Assembly: GCF_018977255.1 (NCBI RefSeq)
Contig: NW_024704742.1
Location: 7,876,001-7,940,000, forward strand
Reading direction: 5' to 3'
DNA from: Callorhinchus milii
Lineage: Eukaryota
Length of the DNA: 64,000 nt
Below the pieces are notes generated by a model. That model worked only from the letters and a program-made list of their open reading frames with translations. It had not been told where the DNA came from and did not search any database. A program made the translations under genes and the position numbers. Positions 36,436 to 50,480 of the stretch are shown piece after piece. The stretch's first letter is position 1; each line of letters starts with the position of its first letter.

Positions 36436-39400
36436 ATTACTCCTTTTTTTATGACTCAGCATGGAATGGATAGTGATCCCAGTCAATTCTAAGTTTATTT
36501 TGAGTTGCATTCGTTGGATTACAAGGCTAAATCCAGGAGTGAAATTCCAATTTCTTTACAGCAGCAGCAATCGGGTTATGTCAATCTTGTCGCACTGCCC
36601 TCACTATCTGAAATCTCATCAGGTTTGACAGTAAACTTCATTACCTTCATTATTCGGGTACAATTCGTGGAAATCACAAGATCAACTCACAGCGAAGCCA
36701 ACTGCATATGGCTTCATACAAGCACTATCCTTCCCATCCTTCCAAACAATTTGCATTTTTCATGATTTCATAATTTGCATAATCCCTTTCCAAAATATGA
36801 ATAAATAAATAATAATAATTTGGTCACTCAATCCATGGCTGCTTGTGGGACACTGCTGTGCACAAGTAGCTGCCGCGTTTCGCCCACAAATATACAGTCA
36901 CTTTACAGTATATTCTGTGAAGCGCTTTGAGCCGTCTAGAAGATGTGAAAAGCGCTGTATCAACTGCAAGAATTATTATTTATTTATAAAATCAAATTAT
37001 GATGTTGAGTTGTGATGGGTTGTAACAAGATGAATTACTAGGGTGAGGGCACCATCTTAGTTATTGGGGTCGATCACTCACAAATCGCCAAAGATCCCAT
37101 TTTAATAATAATAAAGAGATTGCTATATTCAATAGTCGTCCCATAGCAGACTCCACTGATTCCTAATAATAACAATAATGCTCGCATTTGGTATATCTAC
37201 ATGTTGGGAAGAGGTCTCAAAGCACTTCACAGGATTTACTGTGAAATGGAATGACTGTGTATTTGTAGGCAAATGTAACAGCCCAAATGCACACAGCAAT
37301 GTCCCACAAACAGCTATGAAATGAATGACCAATTTTGTTTGACGCCAGTAGAAACTCCCTTCTCTTTTCTGTTGCAGATGTGTTACCAGAACAGTCTGTA
37401 TGAGTGCTGGGGAGCAGTGAGTTCGCTCTTACTCTGAATAAAATGTTTGCAGCACAGCCTGCAACATCTGCAAAATCATTCAAAGACGCAGAGTGAGAGA
37501 GAGAGAGAGAGAGAGGGGAGAGAGAACGCTCAAGCAGATGCTGAACAATTGACTCTTAACAAACAGAAACAAGATAAACCGAAATATCACCTAGTTCCTC
37601 CTCCGTCTGGGCATTTTGTGCAGAACTTGACGGGCTGAAACCGTGTTCCATCTATGAGCTGATTTTCCACAAAGGTCTATATGCACACGCCCACAAAAAC
37701 ACACAGAGTAAATCCTAGTAAATCTTCCAGATGTGAACGGCACTGTACCTAATGTAAGGATTATTAGGATTTTATTATTAACAAAAGGTATAACAGCGAG
37801 TCTACTCATTTATTCAGATTGCTAATAGGAATGAGAGAAGAGATCAGGGCCACTTAGAGTTTAGAGTGCAATATTTAAAATGGCCCACCTCCAGTAAACA
37901 CTGACCTTTTACATGAACAATTAACAAGTGCTTACAAAACCAAAGCTGGGGGGCATCTGCTGCTTTTTAACTGTGTATTTAAAATGCAGAAGTAAATGGA
38001 ATAATCTTTCTAATTACATGTTAAGCAGGTTTTTGTTAGAATGCAGGAGGGACCATTATTACAATTAATAATATTTTGTATCTGCACAGATCCTCTTTTC
38101 ACGTCCTGTGTCAATGTTTAAGTGTGTTTCAGGAGAGAGGGTAGTAACATTTTGTCCTGATCAAAGTGTGGACCGCATTTGTCACCAAGCAGCACCTTCA
38201 AACAATCGAGATCGCAGACCCGTGTGATGTTTCCATTTCAGACATCGGACGTCCTTAGCGTGTTTCTTAATGTCATTTGCCTACAAATACACAGTTACTG
38301 CACTCCACGGTAAAATACTGTGAAGCGCTTTGAAGTGTCTCGGCATGATAAGTGCTATACCAAATGTAAAGATTATTATGAATGCAAGGGTTATTATTTT
38401 TATTATCACTAATAATAATCCTTGCATTTGATATAGAGAGGCTCTATGTATAAAATAATGTCTCGGGATTTAGTGTAATATGTAGTGACTGTGTATTAAT
38501 AATAATAATAATCCTTGCATTCGATATAGCGCTTTTCACGTCTTCTAGATGTCTTAAAGCGCTTCACAGAATATACTGTAAAGTGAATTGACTGTATATT
38601 TGTGGGCGAAATGCACACAGCAGTGTCCCACAAACAGTGTCGTGGATTGAAGTGACGGAATTATTATTGTTTTTTTTCTTGAGGGATTATTATCAGGCCT
38701 GTGGAATAAGGAAACATAATAATTATTATTATAAATATTATTATAGAATTGTGTAGGTGATTAGTAGCAGCTAATTTGCACACAGCAGTAACTCACTGGG
38801 ATCCTTGAAGTGAATGACCAAATGTATCTGGAGGATTGTTGGCCAGCTTGGCTCAGTTAGTACTCTTGCCTCTGAGCCAGCAGGTTGCAGGTTCAAGCCC
38901 CACATAGTCCAGGCTGACTCTCCAGTGCAGAGCTGGGGGTGTGCTTTATTATTGCAGATGCCGCCCTTCTGATAAGGCGTTAAAACCAAGGCCCCATCTG
39001 CCTGTTCTAGTAGGCATTAAACATCCGGTGGCACTACTCGAACAATGTGTTTTAAAATGCATCCGTAATACGCATTATTATTTTGTGTGCGTTATAGCAT
39101 CTGCCACTATAGGAACATCGCAAAACAGGAACAGAAGGAGGCCATTTAGCCCATCGAGCCAGTACCACCGATTTATCCCAACCCCCCCACACTTTAATCA
39201 CACCTAAATGCTATAATACCTACTATGTTGTCACTGAAAAATGGGCAGATTTAAAAATAAAAATAATGCTGTGTACTGTAATAATACTAAAATAAACGTT
39301 CCTCAATTTTTTGATAACTATAATTCAACTTAGATGTGAGGGATATGACATTGAAGGACCCGAGTAAGTTGATATTATTATTAAATCTGAGCTGCTTATA

Positions 39401-41275
39401 AAAATTATACAATGGACACAATAGGAAAACTGTTTTTTAACTATTAATTGCTTGTTGTTTTGGGTGTTGCGCTGTACATATTTTGATGGCTTACATGATG
39501 AAGCAGGTAATTTCCAAAATGCCACCAGTTCCTGCTCTGTATTGATACACGCAGAAAAGCAACCCGTTGCTGGGTATGTCTGTCTTGCTCTCTGTCTCTC
39601 TCTCTCTCAGCGCAGCACCTGAATTAGCTCCCGCCTTCCTCATTAGATCCTGTCAACCTGGTTGAGAAGTTGTTATTGAACACTGCCAATTCGGATCTGC
39701 AGTCCATTGGAAGATATAGTTAGGTTAAAAGTAATGAATGTTCTTCTCACACTAACGTAGACAGTTGTCAGGTGTCAACCTGGCTCAATTGGTAGCGCTC
39801 TCACTTCCTAGTCCAGACCGAGGTCTCGTCTGCCTCTTAAAATAGACATTATTTCAAGATCTCATGGCACTGTTTGAAAAGAGAAGGAAGTTTCTCCCAA
39901 ATTGTCTAACAATACATTAGAACACATTAGAATGTCCCGACGTGAAAAGCGCTATATCAAATGCAAGGATTATTATTATTACAGCACAGGAACAGGCCAT
40001 TCGGCCCAACTGGTCTATGCCGGAGTTTATGCTCCACATGAGTCTCCTCCTGCCCTTCCTCGACTAAGCCTTCAAGCCGAAATAAAATTGGTCACTCACT
40101 TGATGTCTGTTTGTGACTGGGATATGCACATATTTGCTCCCGCATTCGCTACACTTCAGTGCCCGAAACGTCTTCCCGATGTGAAAGGCGCTGTACAAAT
40201 GTAATTTTGCATTATATTTGTACTTCACAGTAAGTTCTGTGAAACGCTTTGAGACATCTTCGCAATTTGAAAGGTGCTATTTCAATTCAAGGATTATTAA
40301 TATTATATTTACCAGTTAATTGCAATATCTTACACAGCCTGTAATAATTGCACATTTCCTAAACTAATACGTTTCCTTAAACGACTTTCACTTTCGCTAA
40401 TTTAAATATTCAAAGCTACATCGTATAATACAATTCACACTTATATATTACCTTTCACATCATACCCTTCATCATAAACATGCATTGCAGCCCAGATTTG
40501 GTAAAAAACAAACTATAAAGTGAGTGAGGCTGGATTTCAGCTCTAGCAATGGATCTTTAAGTTTACAAATGGTTCAGTACAGGTACCCCATTTCTGGCTG
40601 AAAATAGTCGCTGAGAAATGGAACCCCAAGATATCAAACTGTTTAAGATTCCTAAATGACAAGAAATAGAATGGCATCAAATATATCTGATACCTTCTTT
40701 ATTCTCATCTCCATCTATTTTACCCTTCATTAACAAAAGCCCATTAACACCATTACTACTTATAGTTTAACTTGGGTGTTCAACTGTTGTAATAGAACCA
40801 TTGAACTTACAGCACAGGAGGAGGTACAGTATATCCTGTGAAGCCTTCCCAACATGAAAGGCGTTATTACCAAATATAAGGATTAACTACTATTAAACGT
40901 TGTTATGGTCTCAGCATCAATAGTTACTTATGGTAATATGTTCCATGTTGTGAAACACTGTATAATTTTCTAATAAATCTCTCTAATTTTCCAACAATTC
41001 TCTATATCTTCCTAAAAATCATCTAAACTTTTTCCCTATGCTCTGGCCAACAATCTTCCAGATAATTTAGTCAGTCACTGGATGGCTGTTTGCGGGACTT
41101 TGCTGTGTGCAAAATGGCTGCTGTTTTTGCCTACATACCATACAGTCCATAATAATAATAATAATAATGATCCTTATTAGAGAATGAGTGAATGTGACTG
41201 TAAGTGTGGAGAGTGGGAGAGAGTGGGAAATACCATTATTGCAATCATTAGTCATTTAATCATTTTAAGTCATGC

Positions 41276-42092
41276 GGAGTTCTGTAGCTCAGTAGTTAGA
41301 GCCCTCACCTTGCAAGCGAGAGATCTGGGTTCGATTCTGGGCAGGGTGAAATGTTGGGCAAGTTTCCTTACTCCACACGCCTCTGTTTACCTAGCAGTAA
41401 CTAGAAACCCGGTTGTTAGTCGATTGGCGGATCGCTTTTCCGGTAGTAATAATTTAATAATTCCTAAAAAAAGAATAATAATTTGGTCACGTAATCCACG
41501 ACTGTTCGTGGGACACTGCTGTGCGCAATTGGCTGCTGATTTCGCCCACAAAATGTACAGTCATTTCAATTTACAGTATATCCCGTGTAGCTCGAATTCA
41601 AGATCCTCACCCTCACCTACAAGGCCATTCACGGCCTTGCTCCCTCCTACCTCTCCAACCTACTATCCCCCTACCTACCTGCCCGTACCCTCCGTTCCTC
41701 TGGCACCGGTCTGCTCCACATCCCCCGCCCCAACCGCCCTACCTTCGGTGGCCGGGCCTTCAGACTCTCAGCCCCGAGGCTCTGGAACTCTATCCCCCAG
41801 TGCCTTCGCCGCTTCCTCCCTTTCCTCCTTCAAGGCCGGTCTCAAGACCTTTCTCTTTGACCGAGCCTTCAGCTCCCCTCTCGACTCTCTACCCCCTCCT
41901 CGCTCCCTCCCTTCCCTCCCCTCACCCTGACCATTTCCCCCCTGCTCGGGTCCTGACCCAACTGTACAGCGCCTTGGGACGTCCCCCCAACGTGAAAGGC
42001 GCTCAATAAATGGAATCATGTTGTTGTTGTTGTTGTAGCTCTTTGAGACATCTCAAAAATGTGATAAGGCGAGGATTATTATTATTATTATT
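41276..42092 (+). mobile_element. SINE family B long form interrupted by a young L2 3' fragment (41594-42033)
   Basis: TSD tgtagctc at 41586-41593 and 42034-42041; insert is highly similar to the 3' end of the large L2 copies and ends in (ttg)n. Confidence 0.92.
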
Positions 42093-42539
42093 TCACTTTC
42101 TTTCCATCGTGAGAATGAAAGCCCCAGTGAGGCTTTAAAGTCTGACTCTAACTTGCAGATCAGGGTAGAGTAACTCTAAGGTAACACTCAGATCTGGGGG
42201 ATCACAGTACATAGGCTTTGCAATTCTCCAGTAACAAAGTGAGCAGCTAAATGGAGAGAGACTAAGCACTTGGGGAATCTGCGAACATTACACATATATA
42301 ATTTAGGTAATTATTTGTTGACTGACAAACAGGGAGTGCGTTATAATAAATTATCCACACTTGTTCTCCCAAGGGACACTGCTTTAAACCATTGCCTCAT
42401 TTTGCTGAAAACAGCTCTTTTCAGCTTCGATATTCTCAGTGCATTGTCATCTTTTCTTATATAAGTTTCTTCAATATTTGAGGAGGTGCATTCACAGCCA
42501 CTTATCATATCAACCAGGCCAATAGCTAATTATGTATAG

Positions 42540-42850
42540 TTACACATAGAGTGATAGCTTCATGGAAACAGGCCATTCAGCCCGACTAGTCCGTGCTAGT
42601 GTTTATACTCAACACAAACCACCAGGCACTGCTATTCCCCTCTCCTATACCTCTCTATTTCATTCTCCCTCATGTATTGCATCCAATGTCCTCTAAAATC
42701 ATTGATACTTTTTGTTTCGATGACAGAATTCCACATTCTCACCACCCTCTGGTAAAAGTGGTTCCTTCGAAACCCCTTTTTAGATCTGTTTGTAGGTATC
42801 AAATGTTTATGCCCCCTCATTGCAAACTCACCAACAAGTGGAAACAGCCT
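42540..42850 (-). mobile_element. CR1 3' fragment
   Basis: Translation RLFPLVGE..MRGH...FYQRVVRMWN; ggccattcagccc 3' UTR motif. Confidence 0.8.
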
Positions 42851-43569
42851 ATTCTTGAAGACATAATAAGGCACTATATCAAATGCAAGGATTATTATAT
42901 TATTATTAGTATAGATGAGTGTGTAACGTGTTATCCCTGTGTACCACCAGCTCCCCTTGATGATCTCATGAAAAAACTGCTATAACTTCATTTAAAACAA
43001 AACCAATAATAAATTGGTCATTTTCAATCTACGACTGTTTGTGGGACATTGCTGTGCGCAATTGGCTGCCGCGTTCGCCCACAAATATACAGTCAATTCA
43101 CTTTGCAGTATATTCTGTGAAGCGCTTTGGGATGTCCTTACGATGTGAAAAGCGCTATATCAAATGCAAGGATTATTATTATTATTATTAAGGGGTCACA
43201 CTGTCTCCGGAATGGCAGAAGTGATGGTGAATTTTATCATGTGCTAACCCGAGAGTTAGTGAAACAGAAAGAGTGGAATCTGGTATTTCTGAAACAGGCA
43301 ACAATCCCCTCCAGCAATACGATTTGAGGCCTTTTTTTGAAATTCACACCCAAAAGGTTCTGAGCAAAGGGGACGATCACAGCAAAACTAACTATATGAC
43401 TGTATTCTGTGACTGTGAAAGTGGAAAGGAAATATTATTTTTGTTCACTTTAAAAAGTTTATCTGTTGCTGACTGTGGTGTGAAAAGAGGTAAGAGCTAC
43501 GCAATGACCTTTTCGAACATCTGATAAATTATATCCCACGAGACAAGATAGACTCTTTAATCTTCGAAG

Positions 43570-43930
43570 ATGTTTCAGAGGGGACCTTATAGAGGTGTAT
43601 AACATTTTAAATGGAATTGAAAAAGTAAACCCAGATCAATATTTTCAAAAGCACCAAGGCAATCGAACACAAGGACGAAGGTTTAGAGTTGAAAGGGCAA
43701 TTTCAGGACAGAAACCAGGATGTTTTTCTTTACTCAGAGGGTGATTAATGACTGGAGCAGTTTGCCAGGAAAGGTTGTTGAGGGGGAGAGGGGACAGGGA
43801 TGGGATGACACACACTGGAGTCTTTTCAAAAGCAGCTTGAGGCTGCAAAGGGAGGACGTTAGGGTGGATATTCTGGAGGATTGAGATCAGATGGGCCAAA
43901 GAACTTTCTTCATCCAAACCATTCTCGTGA
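43570..43930 (+). mobile_element. CR1-like 3' fragment
   Basis: aggggaccttatagaggtgtat (RGDLIEVY) and ttctttactcagagggtgatt (FFTQRVI). Confidence 0.75.
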
Positions 43931-44162
43931 TCTCGTGAAGTTGTGGCTCAGTAGAAATCGGTTGTGTTCTCTCAGCAGTGGGTTTCGGGTTTCCTTTAAT
44001 CGGCATTTATAGAGTTTATAAAGTTTATACAGCATAAAATACAGTAAAAATAATAACTTTATTGCATTTGATATAGCACCTTTCATGTCGGAATGACACT
44101 TCAAAGCTCTTCACAGGATTCACTGTAAATTGTAGTGACTGTGTATATTTTGTAGGCTAAGA

Positions 44163-47100
44163 CAACAACAACAACAACAACAACAAGATTCCATTTATAG
44201 AGCGCCTTTCACGTCAGGAGGACGTCCCAAGGCGCTGCACAGTTGGGTCATGACCCGAGCAGGGGGGAAATGGTCAGGGTGAGGGGAGGGAAGGGAGGGA
44301 GAGAGGAGGGGGGAAATGGTCAGGGTGAGGGGAGGGAAGGGAGGGAGCGAGGAGGAGGAAGAGAGTCGAGAGGGGAGCTGAAGGCTCGGTCAAAGAGAAA
44401 GGTTTTGAGACCGGCCTTGAAGGAGGAAAGGGAGGAAGCAAGGCGAAGGCACTGGGGGATGGAGTTCCAGAGCCTCGGGGCTGAGAGGCTGAAGGCCCGA
44501 CCACCGATAGTAGGGCGGTTGGGGCGGGGGACGTGGAGCAGACCGGAGCCAGAGGAACGGAGGGTACGGGCAGGTAGGTAGGGGGATAGTAGGTTGGAGA
44601 GGTAGGAGGGAGCAAGGCCGTGAATGGCCTTGTAGGTGAGGATGAGGATCTTGAAATCAATCCTCTGGGGGATGGGGAGCCAGTGGAGGCGAGCGAGGGT
44701 AGGAGTGATGTGGTCCCGAAGCCTGGTGCGGGACAGTACACGAGCTGCAGAGTTCTGAATGACCTGCAGCTTGTGGAGGGAGGTGGCGGGAAGGCCGGCG
44801 AGGAGAGAGTTCCCATAGTCCAGCCTTGAGGTGACAAAGGCGTGAACCAGGGTTTCAGCAGCGTGAGGGGTGAGGTAGTGCCGTAATCTGGCGATATTCC
44901 GGAGGTGATGGAAGGCGGTGCCAGTTGTGGTGCGGATGTGAGGGAGAAAGGACAGCTCAGGGTCGAACAAAACGCCGAGGTTCCTGACTGGCTTTGAGAG
45001 GTGGAGAGTGCAGCCTTGGATGCTGATGGTGTCAGCGCCTGAGGTGCGGAGGCGCTGACGTGAGCCAATCAGGAGGGCCTCGGTTTTTCGCACGTTGAGC
45101 TGAAGAAAGTTGTCTCTCGTCCAGGACTCGATGTCGGACAGGCAGGCTGTCAGGACATCGGTGGTCGTGGAGTTGAGAGTAGAGGAGGAAAGGTAGAGTT
45201 GGGTGTCATCCGCATACATGTGGAAGTTAACCCCATGTTTGCGGATGATGTCACCGAGGGGGAGCATATAGAGGGTGAAGAGGAGGGGACCGAGGACAGA
45301 GCCCTGAGGGACACCACATGAGACAGTACGGGGGGTGGAGGAGAAGCCATTCGTTGAGACGAAGTGAAGACGGTGGGAAAGGTAAGAGCTAAACCATTCA
45401 AGGACAGTGCCTTGAAGGTTGAGGTGGGAGGACAAGCGGTGGAGTAGGATAGCGTGGTCGACCGTATCGAATGCTGCCGATAGGTCGAGGAGGACGAGGA
45501 GACAGAGGGAGCCCTGGTCACAGATAGTCAGGATATCATTGGTGACCTTGACCAGGGCAGTTTCTGTGCTATGAGCAGCACGGAAACCTGACTGAAGGGG
45601 TTCAAAAAGAGAATGGGTGGAGAGGAAAGAGCGCAGTTGGGAGGCGACAACTCTTTCCAAGACCTTGGAGAGAAAGGGGAGGTTGGAGATGGGCCGGTAG
45701 CTTGATAGCTGCGACGCATCAAGGGAGGGTTTTTTCAGGGTGGGCGTGATGATGGCAGTTTTTAATGGAATGGGGACAGAGCCAGAGGAGAGGGACAGGT
45801 TTATGATGTCAGTGATGTGTGGGGCAAGAAAATGGAGCTGGGAGATAAGGAGTGGAGTGGGGATGGGGTCAAGGGAGCAGGTGGTTGGTTTTAGGGATAG
45901 GATGAGTTCAGTGACAGAGGGTGGGGAAACGGGTACGAAGGTGTGTAGGGGAGGATGGGTAGGAGTCGGAGTGTGGGAGGGAAGGGGTGGGTGGTGGGTG
46001 GAAGTTGGAGGGGAAGTGACCGCGGAGCGGATTCCCTTGATCTTGGATTCAAGGAAATCCAGCATCTCCTCGCAGTGAAGGTTGGAGGAGATGACCTGCG
46101 CGGGGTGGCGGGGGGGACGGAGGAGTCGGGATGTGGTGGAAAACAGTAGCCTGGGGTTGTTCTTCGCCTCCAGGATTATCCTGGAGTAGAAGGACGACTT
46201 GGCCGAGGCTAGAGTGGAGCGGTAAATTTTGAGGAGGTCCAGCCAGATTTGTCGGTGGACCGTTAGGCCAGATTTGACAAAGGTGCGTTCAGCAGCCCGC
46301 ACCTGGCATTTCAGTGAGCGGAGGTGGGTGGTGTACCAGGGGGAGGAGCGGGAGTAGGAGACAGTGCGGGAAGTGATGGGGGCAAGAGTATCGAGTGTGG
46401 AGGAGAGGATATTGTGGAGGAGGGAGAGAGGAGAAGAGGGGTCGGTGAGGGTTGAAGGCCAGAGGGAGAGGAGTTCAGAGGACTCCAAGGCATCGGTTAG
46501 GGATTGTGGGGGTAACTTCTTCCAAGGGCGGTAGAAGATGGTGGTGGGTCTGGTGGAGGTGGGGAGGGGGGTGGAGGTGGTGAAGGAGATGAAGTAGTGG
46601 TCAGAGATGGCCTTGTCGGTAATAGTGACATCCGAGACACTGAGGCCCCGGGTGATCACCAAATCGAGTGGGTGGCCGTGACTGTGAGTGGGGGAGTTTA
46701 TGTGTAGGGAAAGGTTGAGTGAGGAGAGCAGGGAAGAGAAGTCTGTGGAGATGGAGCAGGAGGGGGTGAAGTGTAGGTTAAAGTCGCCCAGGATGATGAG
46801 GCGATCAGAGGAGAGGCAAAGAGATGTGAGGAGTGTTGAAATGTCAGAGATGAAGGTGGGAGAGGTTTTAGGGGGCCGGTAGAGGAGGAGGATTTTAAGG
46901 GAGAGGAATGAGGGGTGGGAGAGGGTGAGGTGCTCGAAGGAGGGGAAAGAGCCAGAGGAGTAGGGGGATAGGGCAAGTGGTGTCCTTGAGATAAGGGCAA
47001 CACCACCGCCACGGCGGTTGGGGCGGGGGATGTGGTGGGAGGTGTAGCCGGGTGGCGTGGCCTCCGTGAGGGGGAAGGTGTCGCCTGGGGTGAGCCACGT

Positions 47101-47440
47101 TTCTGTCAAGGCCATGATATCAACGTTCTCATCAAGGATGAGATCGTTGATGACCAGGGCCTTGTTGCAGAGGGAGCGGACATTTTGCAGTCCGATGTGG
47201 AGGGAGCGGTTGACAGAAGGGTGTGTGGGAGGGGAGGGGGGTCCAGGTTGTGAGGCAGGGGTGGGGGAGATGGGGATGAGGGAGGAGAGGTTGACTCCCC
47301 GGGTCTGTGTCCGGGGTGGCTGGCGAGTGTGGTGGGGAATGGGGCAGTCGGTGTGGCTGCTGCTGGACAGCCAATGCCGAGTGCCACGGTGAGCCCGGCG
47401 GAGGATTCCCAGACTGGAACAGAGGGAGGTTGTGGGAGGG
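44163..47440 (-). mobile_element. Young L2-clade LINE, copy 1, 5'-truncated
   Basis: (ttg)n tail, 3' stem-loop, continuous EN+RT frame; near-identical to 54655-57883. Confidence 0.97.
44320..47440 (-). CDS. L2 APE-endonuclease/reverse transcriptase ORF, uninterrupted but lacking the native start
   Basis: EN motifs QNVRSL, LTETWL, RGGGVA, YRPP, GDFN, SDH; RT motifs [35 protein letters not shown]. Confidence 0.9.
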
Positions 47441-47739
47441 GCATTATACAGATATTTTCCTGCATGACATTGAAAATCGGATGACAATTCAATATAATAA
47501 ATCTCCCTATTTGAAACATATTCAAGAACCCTGTTGGTGGATCGCTTTCCAGGGGCAATAATTCCTTCCCCAACCAAATAAATATTCTAATCATAATTTG
47601 GTCAATCAATCCAAGACTGTTTGTGGGACACTGCTGTGCGCAATTGGTTTCCGTGTTTCTCACACGAAGTGTACAGCCAATCCACTTCACAGTGTATTCT
47701 GTGAAGCTCTTTGAGACATCTCGAAGATGTATTGCTGTG

Positions 47740-48105
47740 TCATGTTTAAATCGCTTCACTCCCTGGCACCTCCCTACTTCTCCGACTTCCTCACTCCCCA
47801 ATCCACCACCCGGCTGTTGCCTCCCCTCGACTGGCACCGGCCTCCTGCTCGTCCCTCGCACCCTCCGCTCCACCACTTGAGGTCGGGCTTTCAGCCACGA
47901 CTCCCCCAAACTCTGGAACACTCTCCCTCAATCCCTCAATCCCTCCACCTTGGCCCCTCTCTCCCCTTTCTCAAATCCCGCCTCTCGACCTTCCTTTTCG
48001 ACTGTGCTTACAGTCACCTTCCCACCCACCCACCCCACCCGGCTCAGAGTTAAGCGCTCTGAGATGCTGCCTTGCATGGAGGGCACTATGTAAGTGCAAG
48101 TAGTT
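47740..48105 (+). mobile_element. Old L2 3' fragment within a SINE tail
   Basis: Translation [14 protein letters not shown]; tail gggcactatgtaagtgcaagtagttg. Confidence 0.75.
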
Positions 48106-48523
48106 GTGGTATATTCTGTGAAGCGCTTTTAAACAGCTCAACAATGTGATAAGGTGCTGTATCAAATGCAAGGCTTAAAATTAATTAGTTAAACGCGACT
48201 GGCCGTAGACGTAGTGGAGTAGGTAATGCTGTCATTCTCATGGTTCACAAGCTTTTGCTTTGCAGCGTGTCCTGACTGACTCTTTATGTGCCTCAGGTAC
48301 AAACACATCACTTACCAGAAACCTGCAACATTAAGCTACTAGTGCAGGAGATTTATTTTTGGTTATGCTTTCAGGCAATGCCAATATCAGTAGAAAGATT
48401 TAAAAAGCCGTGTTTGCAAACCCAGGTCAGTCCATTCTTCCCAATTTCAGCTCTTGGATTGCAAGATTTCCAAATGTAAGATTGTGAAATCTTGAGCAGG
48501 CAAAGTCCACTCGCTGCGAGCAT

Positions 48524-48720
48524 TTTGCTTTTATATCCACCTTTCATGTCGGGAGGACGCCTCGAAGCTCTTCACAGGATTCACTGCAAACTGCAAAAAA
48601 AAACTGCGTATTTTTTGTAGGCTAAGACAGGGGTATTATACAGATATTTTCCTGCATGACATCGAAAATCAGGTGACAATTCAATATAATAAATCTCCCA
48701 GTTTAAAACGTTTTCAAGGA
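48524..48720 (+). repeat. Local paralogue of the pre-insertion site of L2 copy 1
   Basis: Matches 44062-44164 joined to 47441-47525 (ggctaagacaggggtattatacagatattttcctgcatgac). Confidence 0.9.
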
Positions 48721-49801
48721 CACGGATGTTTACCAACAATAAGTAAGAACCCAGTTGTTAGCTGGCGGATCCCTCCCCAAAAAATCCGCCGCTTAGGGAT
48801 TTTGTGATTCATTGTTTTTACTCCAATCCTTGTCATAAGTTTCATAATTCAATGTTCACAAGGCTTGGCGACAAAATGAACGCAACAAATCCGGTTTGCA
48901 ACACTGCAATGTAGTGTTACCCAAACCTCTTCCTTGCTCTCCGCTCTCAGTAAAAACAAACTCAATTTAAAGAACGAGTTATCACACAGTGCAGAGTGTC
49001 TTGGACACAGTTATCCATTTTGTCCATCTTCTGATCTCCTTGGAGACCACAGGGTGTAAAGGTTATGACAGTGTGATATTTCTTTTCGATAATTGCTATA
49101 TTTTTGTAATTCATAACCCAAAACAGTCAGGCTGTCTCAGAGGATTTATCCATCACTGATGTTTGTCCAGTCATCCATTTAGAATGACCCAGAACTGACC
49201 TTATCAACACACAATGCCTGTGTAGGTTTCTCCTGCAAAAAGTGAGCAGATTATAATTTAGCTTTCCAGCAGTGTTTTTAGGGTTAAATGTTCCCAACTA
49301 GTCAAATATGTAGGACAATCTCGGACAACTTCAGAGTTGTGAAGCTGTTCCTTCACTGAAGCCCAGATGGGAACATTGCTGGCATTAGAATAAGACACCT
49401 AATCAAAGGATGAGATCCCCAATCATAAAATAATATTCTTAATAATCCTTGCATTTGATATGGCACCTTCCAGATCGAAGGATGTCTCAAAGCACTTGTC
49501 ACAATCTATTGCATAGTGTCTGTGTATTTTGTAGATGAATGCAACAGGCAATTTACACACAGCATGTTAGGTGAAGTCTTTCAAATCAACGGTGATTGTT
49601 TTTGCATCTCTCACATCAGGAGGACATCTTGAGCACATTTACCTGAATGGGTGTTGGAGAACGGTTAGAAGATTCACAACCTTTCGTAATTGCGGTTTAC
49701 TTTATCAGGGTTTTTTTTTCCAGAAATTTGAATTTGTATTCAACACAACCTTAAAGTATCATGGGTTTAGGGGAAAGAGATGGGGGCACTGTTTACATTT
49801 T

Positions 49802-50127
49802 TAATAACAATAATAATAATCCTTGCATTTGATATAGCGCTTTTCACGTCGGGAGGACGTCCCAAAGCGCTTCACAGAACACACTGTAAAGTGAATTGAC
49901 TGTATATTTGTTGGCGAACGCGGCAGCCAATTGCACACAGCAATGTCCCACAAACAGTCGTAGATTGAAAATGACCAATTTATTATTGTTTTTGGTTTTG
50001 GAGGGATTATTATTAGGCTCTGTGTGGAGTAAGGAAGCTTGCCCAAGGTTTCGCCCTCTGCCTGGAATTGAACTCAGGTCTCTCGCTTGCTAAGCGAGTG
50101 CTCTAACCACTGAGGTACAGGCCTCCA
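49802..50127 (-). mobile_element. SINE family B, young short form
   Basis: Near-identical to 32485-32776. Confidence 0.95.
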
Positions 50128-50312
50128 TTCTGCCATTACGGTTTATCTCACTCAAAAAAATACACTCAGAACAATTTACAGTGAATACAGTGAAATGCAT
50201 CAATATCAAACACGATCTTCAATATACACCTGAGCAGGCAGACTCATCTGAAAGACATCATCTCCAACAATACAGTGCTCCCCCAATACTGCACTAAGGT
50301 GTCAGCCTGACT

Positions 50313-50480
50313 GTCACCTCCCCTCTCGACTCTCTACCCCCTCCTCGCTCCCTCCCTTCCCTCCCCTCACCCTGACCATTTCCCCCTTGCTCGGGTCTCG
50401 ACCCAACTGTCCAGTGCCTTGGGACGTCCTCCTGACGTGAAAGGCGCTCTATAAATGCAATCTTGTTATTGTTGTTGTTG
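50313..50480 (+). mobile_element. Young L2 3' UTR fragment inserted in an antisense family A SINE head
   Basis: Matches 57715-57880; (ttg)n tail; gact present on both sides. Confidence 0.88.

Noticed and set aside
37379..37417. Possible 39-nt plus-strand exon
   Set aside because: The acceptor pyrimidine tract derives from an antisense SINE and there is no recognisable peptide
47441..47577. N-terminal ~45 aa of the 1085-aa ORF in the track
   Set aside because: Comes from flanking non-LINE DNA with a TTG start; it is a chance open extension beyond the truncation point
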